Positions 1-9,509 of a stretch of 64,000 nucleotides of DNA are shown here, one piece after another. The translations under genes and the position numbers were made by a program. Origin of the DNA: a virus; IMG/VR virus record IMGVR_UViG_3300043465_002420; one strand, 5' to 3'. How positions within the stretch are numbered: the first letter of the stretch is position 1; each line of letters starts with the position of its first letter. The notes under the pieces were generated by a model. The model ran no database searches. It was not told where the DNA came from and worked only from the letters and a program-made list of their open reading frames with translations.

Positions 1-21
1 TAATTTTTGTATATCTAATAT

Positions 22-375
22 ATGGAAAATAAATTTAAAAATTTCGTTATTTTAAAAGAGTTATCGGAACACAATAATCTCTACATACCAGAAGGATTTG
101 ATTGGGTGAAAGACTATATTCATAAAATTCCCAAATATGATATAGATCTTCCGACAATCACTAAAAAGTCTAAAATTCATTTTATAAACAAAAACAAGAA
201 TCCTATCTCTATTCATTTTATGGATGGATCTAAAATATTTTGCTCATATGATCAATTTCTTAGACTTCCAAAAAATTTATGCCAAGGAAACGAACTTGAA
301 TTTAAATTTCTCGGTCATTCTAGCCAAAAAGACCAACCAATGCTATTGAAGTCAATAAAATTAATTAGCGTTTAA
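22..375 (+). CDS. hypothetical protein
   Basis: 117-aa ORF, no recognisable motif. Confidence 0.55.
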   Translation: MENKFKNFVILKELSEHNNLYIPEGFDWVKDYIHKIPKYDIDLPTITKKSKIHFINKNKNPISIHFMDGSKIFCSYDQFLRLPKNLCQGNELEFKFLGHSSQKDQPMLLKSIKLISV

Positions 376-568
376 TTTTATTGATATCGATCTTATCAGG
401 ATCAAATCCTGGTGAAAATGGAGATGGAGAATATTCTTTTTGCAACTTATGAATTACTCTATCGGCCACTTTATCAATAATTACTTTATGACCAAATGCC
501 AAACCTAAAAACAAAATCGCCAATGCAACAACTGGCAAAAATAATTTATTTTCTGTAATATTACTCAT
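365..568 (-). CDS. small membrane protein
   Basis: 67 aa, one hydrophobic segment (LFLPVVALAILFLGLAFG); co-directional with the dnaJ block. Confidence 0.6.
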   Translation of the reverse strand: MSNITENKLFLPVVALAILFLGLAFGHKVIIDKVADRVIHKLQKEYSPSPFSPGFDPDKIDINKIKR

Positions 569-589
569 TTTAAACCTTCCTTTTGAATA

Positions 590-1645
590 TTATAGTTTAC
601 TAACTTTCCTATCCCATTCTTTTTTTCTTACACTTGGATTTTTTTTCTCAATTTCATTTATTTTTTCAAGCAAATCAAGATATTCCTGTGGCATATTTTT
701 AGGCATATCTAACTTTGGAATTGCAAACATGTCACCAATACCATCTATTCCACCAGGCAAGCCCTGTCTTTGAATTCTAATTTGTGAATTTGGCATAGTG
801 TTTTTTGGTATCTTTACTTTTACTTTTTGTTTGTAAATATTTGAAATTTCTAATTCAAATCCATTTACAAGTTGGTAAAAAGTACAAGGAACATCTATCA
901 CAATGTGATTATCGTGTCGTTGGAAAAATTCATGCTGTAATACTTGAATGAATATAATCAAATCGCCATTAATTCCATTATTGTGCCTACAAGGATCACC
1001 TTGTTCTGGCATGCGTATTTGACCACTTGATACCCCTGCTGGAATGGGCAAATCAATTACCACTTCTTCACTTTGCATTCCTTGATATCCAGCACCATTA
1101 CAGTCATTGCAATTTTCTATAATTATCTTTCCAGAACCATTACATGCTTGGCATGCGGTTTGAAAATTAATATTTGCATTTCCTTGCAACAAAACATTAT
1201 GAATGCCTGTTCCATTACAATGCTTGCAGCTTTCAAACTTTTTAGATCCATTTCCATTGCAGGATGCACATATTTTGCTTTTTTTTACTTTTACTTGTTT
1301 AGAACAACCTGTAGCAGCTTCTTCTAAAGTAATTTCAACTTTGACTTGTATATTTTTTCCTTTGTGAATAGATTTTCCAAAGATGTCGTGCATAGTATGC
1401 ATGAAACCAGAAGACCATTCATTAGGATTAACACCAAAGCCAAATTGATCAAATTGGTTTTTCTTTTTTGAATTATTTAAAATATCATAAGATTCTTGAA
1501 CTTCTCTAAATTTCTCCTCTGCTGTAGGATCTCCAATATTCCTATCAGGATGAAACTGTTTAGCTTTTTTCCTGTAGGCATTTTGAATTTCTTCAGCAGA
1601 GGCAGTTCTAGAAATTTCTAATACTAAATATGGATCTTTATTCAT
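590..1645 (-). CDS. dnaJ: DnaJ/Hsp40 chaperone
   Basis: J-domain with HPD (QFHPDRN), four CxxCxGxG zinc-finger repeats, C-terminal substrate-binding domain. Confidence 0.95.
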   Translation of the reverse strand: MNKDPYLVLEISRTASAEEIQNAYRKKAKQFHPDRNIGDPTAEEKFREVQESYDILNNSKKKNQFDQFGFGVNPNEWSSGFMHTMHDIFGKSIHKGKNIQVKVEITLEEAATGCSKQVKVKKSKICASCNGNGSKKFESCKHCNGTGIHNVLLQGNANINFQTACQACNGSGKIIIENCNDCNGAGYQGMQSEEVVIDLPIPAGVSSGQIRMPEQGDPCRHNNGINGDLIIFIQVLQHEFFQRHDNHIVIDVPCTFYQLVNGFELEISNIYKQKVKVKIPKNTMPNSQIRIQRQGLPGGIDGIGDMFAIPKLDMPKNMPQEYLDLLEKINEIEKKNPSVRKKEWDRKVSKL

Positions 1646-1650
1646 TTTTT

Positions 1651-1989
1651 CTATTCGACAATAACAGCCTTAATAGCATTAGGTTCCATCAAGAAAGAGT
1701 CTCGATGAATAGAATTGTAATTTGGAGAAATTACACCGCTTCCGCTAATTAAAACTCGATCACCAACCTTATAACCCCATTCTGAACTAAAAGTTGGGCC
1801 AACAGCCCTTATGTAGCCCTGTAAAGGCACCTTAAGATCTGTTTTTTCAGAAATAGTGATATTGGTGTTCATAAGCTCTTGTGGTGTCAAAATCTCAACT
1901 AAAACTTGACTACCACAAGGAGTGACACCTTTAACAGTACGAACCGAAGAAAGGCACTCGCCATCTGCACCGACAATTTTCTTAGACAT
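1651..1989 (-). CDS. GroES/Cpn10-like co-chaperonin (divergent)
   Basis: VTPCGSQVLVE...QGYIRAVGP...YKVGDRVL pattern matches Cpn10 (PLxDRVLV..G.V.AVG..VKVGD.V). Confidence 0.7.
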   Translation of the reverse strand: MSKKIVGADGECLSSVRTVKGVTPCGSQVLVEILTPQELMNTNITISEKTDLKVPLQGYIRAVGPTFSSEWGYKVGDRVLISGSGVISPNYNSIHRDSFLMEPNAIKAVIVE

Positions 1990-1998
1990 TTGAAACTC

Positions 1999-2331
1999 CT
2001 AAAAAATATCATTTGTATTAGTTGTTATAGTAATATTCTTTGCATAAATTTCATTAGTAGAAAAATTGTTATGGTCAAATTGATTAGAAACAAATAATTG
2101 TGGATTAATTTGCCTATTTGTCATTTCTGAATCATAGATTTTAAAATCTATATTTTTTTTATCATCCGATACAACCAAAGGCACATCTGATAATTTTTCA
2201 AATATTTTTTCAGCTTCCTTTTCGCAATAACCATCCATTAAATCTAAATGGCCCAAACAAGCATCATAATAAATTGATTTAGCAAAGCTCAATAGTTGTT
2301 CAATTGTAATTTTTTTAGAAATCATTGGCAC
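1999..2331 (-). CDS. hypothetical protein
   Basis: 110-aa ORF in the co-directional run. Confidence 0.55.
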   Translation of the reverse strand: MPMISKKITIEQLLSFAKSIYYDACLGHLDLMDGYCEKEAEKIFEKLSDVPLVVSDDKKNIDFKIYDSEMTNRQINPQLFVSNQFDHNNFSTNEIYAKNITITTNTNDIF

Positions 2332-2337
2332 CTCTTG

Positions 2338-3546
2338 TTAAATCCAGTATGTTATAAAGTAACATTTGTGATCTTTCTCAGCAACTATAATTGGAGTAAA
2401 ATATTTATTTTGAATCATATTTTTATCAAATTCATATTTTGATTCCAAACAATCTTGATAAACTCTCAATTTCCCATTGCAGTCTATAAATGAATAATTT
2501 TTATCTTTAGACAAAACAGGAAAATCAAAAGAAGGTACTATTAAACCATAAAAATCAAATATCGATTTGTTGTCTGCCTCTGGAAATTTTTCCAATTTGC
2601 TTATAACATCTTTTACTTTATCGGTCATAATATCATTGAAATAATTCAATGGGTATATTTTAGGCTCATATTCATAACCATTTATTTCTTCATTTTCATC
2701 AAAAAAGTATTTTCCAAAAAGTCCTTGGGTGGCAAATATTTTAAATATATCTGATTGATCTGAAAAAATAGTTGGTGTGATTGAACTCGTATAGTTAAAA
2801 TTTCTCGACAGAATCAAACTGGCAGCGGACATGGTAATTCTATTGAACCCAAAATAAGATTGTCGTATATACTCATGATAAGATTGCAAGTTGCTTGTTA
2901 TTTCGTTTGCCAAAAAAGAACAACCCAAATCCTCATATCTTTTGGCTTTGCGTTCCATATTTTTAACTTCATTTTCTAAAGATTTATCAAATCTTAAAAA
3001 ATTATAAAAATTATTTGGATGAGAATTAAAATTATAAATTCCTTTTTTATAAGCACTATTAAGATCAATTATTTGCATCTTTTTTTGACATCTGATTTTT
3101 TCTTTTTTTTCATTGTCATTTAAAAAACGCAAATTGCATCTGTTGTTTTCTGGAACATCGATTTTAGACAATATTTTAAAATTATCTAAAACATATTTAC
3201 TCATAAAACTTTGAAGAAGTTCACTCAGCTTGGTGAATTTATTCGCTTTTCCAAAATTATAATAAGAGCATAATTCATCGAATACTTGGTTGAATTCACC
3301 ATTATCTTGAAAAATCCCATCATAACAATCTTCAATATTTGGATGGCTTATGTCAACACTTTTTAAAAAAGCGACAATTTTATCTCCGATGTCACCAAAC
3401 GCAGTACGCAATATTTCGTGATCCGAATTAAGTAATTTGGAAATGAATAAATTATCTTTTTTTTTATAAAAACTAGAATTAGAATTAAGTCTTTTATAGA
3501 ATTCTTCAAAAAAACTAATTATATTTGTGTCTTTAATAGGATTCAT
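2338..3546 (-). CDS. hypothetical protein
   Basis: Long ORF; start moved to MNPIKD (3546) to avoid an 89-nt overlap with infC. Confidence 0.7.
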   Translation of the reverse strand: MNPIKDTNIISFFEEFYKRLNSNSSFYKKKDNLFISKLLNSDHEILRTAFGDIGDKIVAFLKSVDISHPNIEDCYDGIFQDNGEFNQVFDELCSYYNFGKANKFTKLSELLQSFMSKYVLDNFKILSKIDVPENNRCNLRFLNDNEKKEKIRCQKKMQIIDLNSAYKKGIYNFNSHPNNFYNFLRFDKSLENEVKNMERKAKRYEDLGCSFLANEITSNLQSYHEYIRQSYFGFNRITMSAASLILSRNFNYTSSITPTIFSDQSDIFKIFATQGLFGKYFFDENEEINGYEYEPKIYPLNYFNDIMTDKVKDVISKLEKFPEADNKSIFDFYGLIVPSFDFPVLSKDKNYSFIDCNGKLRVYQDCLESKYEFDKNMIQNKYFTPIIVAEKDHKCYFITYWI

Positions 3547-3553
3547 GTTTTTC

Positions 3554-4111
3554 TCAAACTTTAGAAGCCAAACAACAAAATATTTTATTACCTTCAAATT
3601 TAGGAGCAACTTCCACTGTTGAATATTCAGACAAACTATCAATCAATTTTTTAACAAGATTAAAACCATTGTCAATATGATTTAATTCCCTTCCGCCTTT
3701 AAATTGAACGATGCAGTGAATCTTACAACCTTCTTGCAAAAACCTTTTCGCATGATTAACTTTTGTCATAAGGTCATTTTCTGCAATAGATGGTCTAAAT
3801 CTCAATTCTTTAAATTGTATTTGAGATTCCCTTTTCTTTTTGGCACTCTCTTTATCTTTTACTTTTTTTTCATATTTGTACTTAGCATAATCCATAATTT
3901 TACAAAGTGGAGGATTAGCATTTGGGATAACTTCTACTAAATCAAAATTAGATTCTTCTGCAATTCTTCTTGCATTATCTGTTGACATGATGCCAAGCTG
4001 CTCTTCGTTTCTTACGACTCTTACAGTGAGTACTCTAATTTGATAATTTATTCTAAGTTCGCTAGGTTTGTTTGGATCTTTATCATAATTGCGATAGTTC
4101 TGATGATGCAT
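3554..4111 (-). CDS. infC: translation initiation factor IF-3
   Basis: RINYQIR..VRVV..QLGIM..A...DLVEV.PNANPPLCKIMDYAKYKYE; C-domain KELRFRPSIAENDL.TKV..AKRFL. Confidence 0.95.
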   Translation of the reverse strand: MHHQNYRNYDKDPNKPSELRINYQIRVLTVRVVRNEEQLGIMSTDNARRIAEESNFDLVEVIPNANPPLCKIMDYAKYKYEKKVKDKESAKKKRESQIQFKELRFRPSIAENDLMTKVNHAKRFLQEGCKIHCIVQFKGGRELNHIDNGFNLVKKLIDSLSEYSTVEVAPKFEGNKIFCCLASKV

Positions 4112-5658
4112 TAAGTGCTTTCCTTGGTAAATGTCACATTTATAAGACTAATTTCTTTAGATTTCAAAGATGTAGATATAACGCTGTCTAATTCATCTTT
4201 GTTAGATACAATAAAACCATTACCGAAATTAAAAAATTGTTTAAACTTTTCAATATTATAAAATTTATTCATGTTATTACTTAGTATAAAAATTATAGGA
4301 TTAAGTTTATTTTGAAACAAAGTATGCAATTCGATCATGGAAATATCAAATGAATTTTCACTCAACAATACAATTGGTCTAAGTTCTGGCTTTGATAGTT
4401 GTAAACCTAAAGAGCCAGGAATTGCAAATCCTGTAGAATAATGAAATGCAGGGCTAAAAAATCTATTTTCATAAACCCTTAATTTAGAAGCACTTGTAAG
4501 AAAATCGCCAGCATCGGCTATTATTGCCAAATTATTATCTTTGCATATAAGATTATTGATTTTATTGAAAAAATATTTTTCAGAAATATATTCATTATTT
4601 TTAGAATCTTCAAAATATTCATTATTTTTATAATTTTCAATTATTGCCTTAGAAGGAAAATTTATTTCAAATAAATAATTACAAAAATCAGAAAATGTCA
4701 CATTATTATAAACATGATTCTTTATATAAAGACCTTCAGTAGAGCAAAAAACAACATGTCTTTTAGTAAATCTTGGAGATTGAAATCCAAGAGTTACATC
4801 CGATAAACATTCTCCAAAAACCAACAGACAGTCAGACTGATCTATAATTGCATTCACATTTTCATCAGATGTCTTAGAGCCACAATAAACCCCACGAAAC
4901 AAATGATTGTTCTCATCAACAGAACTTTTTCCAAGCAATGTTGTCATAAATGGAATATTGTGTTTTTCTGCAAATCTAACAATCTTTTTGCTTAGTCCGT
5001 ATCTTATAACTTGAACACCTATTAATATCACAGGATTTTTACTTTCGGCAATCCAATCTGAAGTTTCTTTTATTGCATCCTGTAATGTTTCTTTGTCGCT
5101 TGTTTTACTATTTGGAGTTCCGTCACGATAGACATCATATCTAATTGGTGAATTGGCTACATCTATAGGAAGCTCTAAGTAAATAGGCTGCTTGTTTTTC
5201 AGAAGTGCCTCCAACCCTTCATCGATAGCCAGACCTGCTTTTGTAGCATCATTTAAAATAGTCGAATAACAAGTAATGTTTTTAAATATTTTTTGCTGGT
5301 TATCAAAACTTCTCACGACATGATGTAATAAAAAATCTTCATTTCTTGATTTTATAGGAGGAGACATGGATATCACAATGACTGGTGATTTCTCCGAGTA
5401 TGCACCAGCAATTGAATTGCAAAGCTTTAAGGCTCCCGCATTGTAATTTGCACAAACGCAACCAGTGCCTTGAATCCTAGCGTAAATGTCAGCAGCAAAT
5501 CCAGAACTGTTTTCATCTTTATTGGCAATAAATTTTATTTTAGAATTATTATTTATATTTTCTATAAAACTATTATTGTGACCACCAACAACTCCAAAAA
5601 TGTGTTTAACACCAATGTTTTCAAGCCTTTCAATCAAAAAATTTGAAACTAATGACAT
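4111..5658 (-). CDS. ThDP-dependent 2-oxoacid decarboxylase family protein (PDC/IpdC-like) with degenerate cofactor motif
   Basis: FGVVG, DE..GFAADIYAR, GAYSEKSPVI, LLHH, PIYLELP; but GDGS...NN reads SENS...SNN. Confidence 0.8.
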   Translation of the reverse strand: MSLVSNFLIERLENIGVKHIFGVVGGHNNSFIENINNNSKIKFIANKDENSSGFAADIYARIQGTGCVCANYNAGALKLCNSIAGAYSEKSPVIVISMSPPIKSRNEDFLLHHVVRSFDNQQKIFKNITCYSTILNDATKAGLAIDEGLEALLKNKQPIYLELPIDVANSPIRYDVYRDGTPNSKTSDKETLQDAIKETSDWIAESKNPVILIGVQVIRYGLSKKIVRFAEKHNIPFMTTLLGKSSVDENNHLFRGVYCGSKTSDENVNAIIDQSDCLLVFGECLSDVTLGFQSPRFTKRHVVFCSTEGLYIKNHVYNNVTFSDFCNYLFEINFPSKAIIENYKNNEYFEDSKNNEYISEKYFFNKINNLICKDNNLAIIADAGDFLTSASKLRVYENRFFSPAFHYSTGFAIPGSLGLQLSKPELRPIVLLSENSFDISMIELHTLFQNKLNPIIFILSNNMNKFYNIEKFKQFFNFGNGFIVSNKDELDSVISTSLKSKEISLINVTFTKEST

Positions 5659-5665
5659 AATTTTC

Positions 5666-6448
5666 TCATATCTCTGATGTTGGACTATCTGAAATTTTTA
5701 AAATATAGCCTTCAGTATCTACTGGGAATCTTCTGATCCATTCAATATTGGGAGGTATGTTGCAATGATAATCAATATTACTAGGATCTATAAAACTTGG
5801 AATTACCGATAATGATTCCAAGTTTAGCGTTACAGCCATTTTCATGAGTTTAAATTCTAAAAAGTAACAACCTGGAAAACATGTATCTCCATTTTTCCAT
5901 TGATATACGAAATAACTTTCTTGTAAAACATCTTTGGTCGTCATTCCATCAACGCCAATCACATCTTGATATACCATTTCTGTTTGAGCAGCAGAATTCA
6001 TAAACTTTATAATTTTTACAGGTTGCCCTTTTTTCCAATTTTGAGCAATTGTTCCATGATAACCTCTTTGTACTTGAATGTAATAATTAGATTCATCAAA
6101 GGCTGTAACCAACAAATGCTCCGTCTGTCTTGGTCTGTCAACTATTATAACATCACCAATCATAATCTGATTAAATCCGATATTATCAGCAAGAGAAAAA
6201 TATGTATCTGTGCTGCTGACTGCGAATTTAAATTTCCCATTTGACCACATCGAAGCCTCTAACACGAGATCAGTAAGATCTAAAGGGCCATCACAATCTT
6301 CGATCTTTACTTTAAAATCAGGCTTTGTATCATTTCTTCTTAGAGTAAAGTCGGGGCAAACACCGCTTTTACAACCATATTGGTCAATGCATCCGCTACT
6401 CTGACCCGTGTATTTATTTGAATTGCAACTCATATAATATTTATCCAA
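5666..6448 (-). CDS. putative virion/baseplate-associated protein (BppU-N-like start)
   Basis: FTLRRNDTKPDFKVKIEDCDGPLDLTD resembles the BppU N-terminal pattern; VQRGYHGT motif seen in phage structural proteins. Confidence 0.4.
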   Translation of the reverse strand: MDKYYMSCNSNKYTGQSSGCIDQYGCKSGVCPDFTLRRNDTKPDFKVKIEDCDGPLDLTDLVLEASMWSNGKFKFAVSSTDTYFSLADNIGFNQIMIGDVIIVDRPRQTEHLLVTAFDESNYYIQVQRGYHGTIAQNWKKGQPVKIIKFMNSAAQTEMVYQDVIGVDGMTTKDVLQESYFVYQWKNGDTCFPGCYFLEFKLMKMAVTLNLESLSVIPSFIDPSNIDYHCNIPPNIEWIRRFPVDTEGYILKISDSPTSEI

Positions 6449-6452
6449 TCCC

Positions 6453-6890
6453 TTAAAATATCTCAGCTTGTTGTATTAAAAATATGTAATCCTTTATCCA
6501 ATGAAGGTTTCCATCGTATTTTTGCAAATCTATATTTGCACTTAAACACAACTGCTCAACTTCGTTATTTATCACTTCTGTTTCAATATAAACAATTTTT
6601 TTTACCAAAGAATTAGCTAAAATTATCAAAGATTCAAATAATGGAGTGTAAGTCAAATAAAGAATACCAGAAACATCAAAAATTTTAAGATTAGTAAACA
6701 AATATATTTCTGGCTCTAAAACAAATATACCTTGCTCAGAACTAATACCTTTAGGCTTATTTTCAGAACTAATATAAATTATATTATTTGTGTCGCAAAA
6801 TAATGCTATTTTTCTTTGTTTGGATTTAACTGATGATAAAAGAGCAATTCCAATATGATAATCATCATTTTTTAATCTCTGAATTTCCAT
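6453..6890 (-). CDS. dCMP-deaminase-fold protein lacking zinc ligands
   Basis: Colinear with dCMP deaminases (DDYHIGIALLSSVKSK; ENKPKG; LYLTYTP; KKIVY; ANIDLQKY) but HAE reads EPE and PCxxC reads PLFES. Confidence 0.6.
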   Translation of the reverse strand: MEIQRLKNDDYHIGIALLSSVKSKQRKIALFCDTNNIIYISSENKPKGISSEQGIFVLEPEIYLFTNLKIFDVSGILYLTYTPLFESLIILANSLVKKIVYIETEVINNEVEQLCLSANIDLQKYDGNLHWIKDYIFLIQQAEIF

Positions 6891-7301
6891 TTAATCACCA
6901 ACCATTTGAAGAAATTCTACGGACAAATTGTCATAATCATTAATCTTTATAAAATCTTTCAACAATTTCTTTTGTTTTCTATCCATAAGTTTCATACAAA
7001 TTTTTGAAGATAATGGAATTTTTATTTCCCATGAATTATGAATATGTAAACAAGCCACTCCTTGTATGCTTCCCAATCTATAATAATCAACACATTCTTT
7101 TACATAAAAATCAGACGCACAATCATATGAATAACCACTAATGGCTATTCCTTTTTCACATGGTATATTTAACAATTTGTTTTTGCATGGGTTTATATTA
7201 TCAATAAAAACCGCAACAAGATATGTTCTTTGACTTGCATCCAAAGAAATATTTAATTCTTTTTTTTGTAATTTGCACAATGAATTTAAATTCGTAGCCA
7301 T
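6891..7301 (-). CDS. hypothetical protein
   Basis: 136-aa ORF abutting the downstream gene. Confidence 0.55.
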   Translation of the reverse strand: MATNLNSLCKLQKKELNISLDASQRTYLVAVFIDNINPCKNKLLNIPCEKGIAISGYSYDCASDFYVKECVDYYRLGSIQGVACLHIHNSWEIKIPLSSKICMKLMDRKQKKLLKDFIKINDYDNLSVEFLQMVGD

Positions 7302-7349
7302 AACCTATTTTAATGCTGCTTTAAATCTATTTCAATTGTAAATTGGCTC

Positions 7350-7889
7350 TTATTTTTTAATTACCTTTTTATCGTCTTTCTTAATTACCTTTTTATCGTC
7401 TTTCTTAATTACTTTTTTATCGTCTTTCTTAATTACTTTTTTATCGTCTTTCTTTTCATTCTTTTTATCATCTTTTTTGACTATCTTCTTATCATCTTTT
7501 TCAACCACTTCATTATCATCATCTACACTAACACCATGTTTTTTCATGATTTTTTTCATTTTTTCTTGTGTTTCTTTTTTATTTTTCAAGAGCTTTAATT
7601 CCCAAATATCTTTAGCCAAAAGCTCAATCGAAGACATAAATTTATCAAAATTCAAATCTCTTGGCATAGGCTTTTTAGCCTCTCCAATCATATGACTTTT
7701 CTTTTTACGGCTTTTCTTTTTGTGACTTTTCTTTAATGCTTTTTTCAATCTTGTGACTTGCCAAGGAGGAGGTGTTCCACGGCTAAATATATCTGCAACA
7801 GGAGGTGCCAAGCCTAATGCAGCCTGTGTTTTAATCCTTGTTGCCGAACTTGATTCTTTTACTTTCAAAAAATTAGAGAATGTTATCAT
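7350..7889 (-). CDS. basic, repeat-tailed protein with capsid-targeting-like N-terminus
   Basis: Starts MITFSNFLKVKE; Lys-rich; C-terminal KKDDKKVI repeats. Confidence 0.65.
   Translation of the reverse strand: MITFSNFLKVKESSSATRIKTQAALGLAPPVADIFSRGTPPPWQVTRLKKALKKSHKKKSRKKKSHMIGEAKKPMPRDLNFDKFMSSIELLAKDIWELKLLKNKKETQEKMKKIMKKHGVSVDDDNEVVEKDDKKIVKKDDKKNEKKDDKKVIKKDDKKVIKKDDKKVIKKDDKKVIKK
7357..7452. repeat. 24-nt coding tandem repeat x4 (KKDDKKVI)
   Basis: ttaattac(c/t)tttttatcgtctttc repeated four times. Confidence 0.9.
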
Positions 7890-7896
7890 GCCATAT

Positions 7897-8214
7897 TTAT
7901 GCTTCGGGAAACGAGTTTAATGAAAATTTTCCACTTTCTATTTCAGAAAGAAATTCTAAATTCATTTCCTTTTTTGCCTTATGATGTGATTCTTCTATCA
8001 ATTTAAATCTAGCATACATAAATTGCATATATCTTTTTTTGCAAAAAATACCAGTATGATCTACAAAGTTATCATAATTTCCAAATACCAAAAGATATGA
8101 AATAAAATTTTCTTGTATTCCCGTAGAAAAGTACTTCATAAGATACTTCTTATCTTTTGGTATCTTGTAATCAAAAAATTCGCCTGAGATAAACAAAGCA
8201 TCATTATTAGACAT
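7897..8214 (-). CDS. hypothetical protein
   Basis: 105-aa ORF, overlap-coupled to neighbour. Confidence 0.6.
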   Translation of the reverse strand: MSNNDALFISGEFFDYKIPKDKKYLMKYFSTGIQENFISYLLVFGNYDNFVDHTGIFCKKRYMQFMYARFKLIEESHHKAKKEMNLEFLSEIESGKFSLNSFPEA

Positions 8215-8611
8215 TAATCTTTATACCTTTAACATATTTCAAATATATAAGCATCATTCCACCAGCAAATTTTTGAGGTATCCCACTTTTACATAATAAA
8301 TTTAATGTTTCATTGACCATTTTAATATCTTCCGTTATGTCTCCTGTATTTTTTGCTTCAACAAAATTTGAATCTTTCATAGAGTCATAAACAATCTTTA
8401 CGCCATCAATCAAAGTGGTTGAAGATACCATTGAGATTTTTTTGGGGTCTGTTAAGATATATTTTGGAACTTTTCCGCCACAATGCATAATTTTATCGGC
8501 AAAAAATCTATCAATACAAGACTTTAAAAAGTCTTTTGAATTCTCCGAAATCAAATTTACACTATCATTTAGATCACTTTCGAACTCATCATCAAATTCT
8601 TCATTTTGCAC
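8207..8611 (-). CDS. hypothetical protein
   Basis: 134-aa ORF. Confidence 0.6.
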   Translation of the reverse strand: MQNEEFDDEFESDLNDSVNLISENSKDFLKSCIDRFFADKIMHCGGKVPKYILTDPKKISMVSSTTLIDGVKIVYDSMKDSNFVEAKNTGDITEDIKMVNETLNLLCKSGIPQKFAGGMMLIYLKYVKGIKINV

Positions 8612-8678
8612 AGTAAACTCCTTTTCAACTTAAACAAAATTACAAAGATTAATCTACATACTTAAAACAGGAGGTCAA

Positions 8679-9191
8679 ATGAAAAAAACATTTTTCATCA
8701 TTATTTTTATAATTTTTATTTCTGGTTGTGGTAATTTCAGTCCTCGTCTTCAAAATAGGATAGCTAACGAGAATGGTAAAATTGAAGACATTAAGAATAA
8801 TCAAAATGGATTTATGCTTGAATTAGGAAAACTTCGTAATGAAGCACAAATACAAAATTCACAACTGAAAGAAGTACAACAAGGAATGTTAAACATGAAC
8901 AATGCCTTATCTCGCAATGAAAACAGTGGGATACAAATACTTCAAGGAGATGGATCGCTTATACTTATATTCGCCTTGGCATCAATTGGTATGTTACTTT
9001 TTCACTATAGAAACAAAGCAAATAATAATGAAAAAATTGCCAATATGCTCGCTGTAGAAGTGGCTAGATTCAATGACCCAAATTTAAATGATAACATTTT
9101 AAGAACTTCCATGTTTACCTCGGTTGAATCAAAAGTGTTCAAACTATTGAACACACATGCAAAGAAGATATCACCAAAATCTCAAAAGTAA
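8679..9191 (+). CDS. putative lipoprotein with internal TM segment
   Basis: SD AGGAGG; MKK + hydrophobic stretch + lipobox-like ISGC; coiled-coil; second hydrophobic segment LILIFALASIGMLLF. Confidence 0.6.
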   Translation: MKKTFFIIIFIIFISGCGNFSPRLQNRIANENGKIEDIKNNQNGFMLELGKLRNEAQIQNSQLKEVQQGMLNMNNALSRNENSGIQILQGDGSLILIFALASIGMLLFHYRNKANNNEKIANMLAVEVARFNDPNLNDNILRTSMFTSVESKVFKLLNTHAKKISPKSQK

Positions 9192-9194
9192 AGA

Positions 9195-9509
9195 CTAAAG
9201 GATATCATATCCTTGAGCGATGTTTTTAAGCTTAATGTATCCTGAGCAATTGTCGCCCAAAGGAACTTTTTGTGAATGTGGATTTTTACCTTTATTTTTT
9301 GAATCTTTTAAAAATTCCGCAACTCGCTTGTCGATAATTGCTTTTTTTTCTGCAATTAATTTGAGACAATAATGCTTAGATGGGTCAAGATCATCCTTTT
9401 CTAAGTACTTGCAAATGCCACTAGGACTTGAGATAGGACCAGAACAAACATTTTTTATTTGCTTTAAACTTAACACATTAATTCCTATGAATATAAATTG
9501 GCTTGCCAA
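9195..9509 (-). CDS. hypothetical protein
   Basis: 104-aa ORF, start uncertain. Confidence 0.5.
   Translation of the reverse strand: MASQFIFIGINVLSLKQIKNVCSGPISSPSGICKYLEKDDLDPSKHYCLKLIAEKKAIIDKRVAEFLKDSKNKGKNPHSQKVPLGDNCSGYIKLKNIAQGYDIL

Noticed and set aside
3547-3642. Long gene overlaps implied by track starts (also 12816-12932, 14002-14028, 60746-60793)
   Set aside because: Downstream ATGs give normal spacing or coupling, so the upstream extensions are probably not translated.
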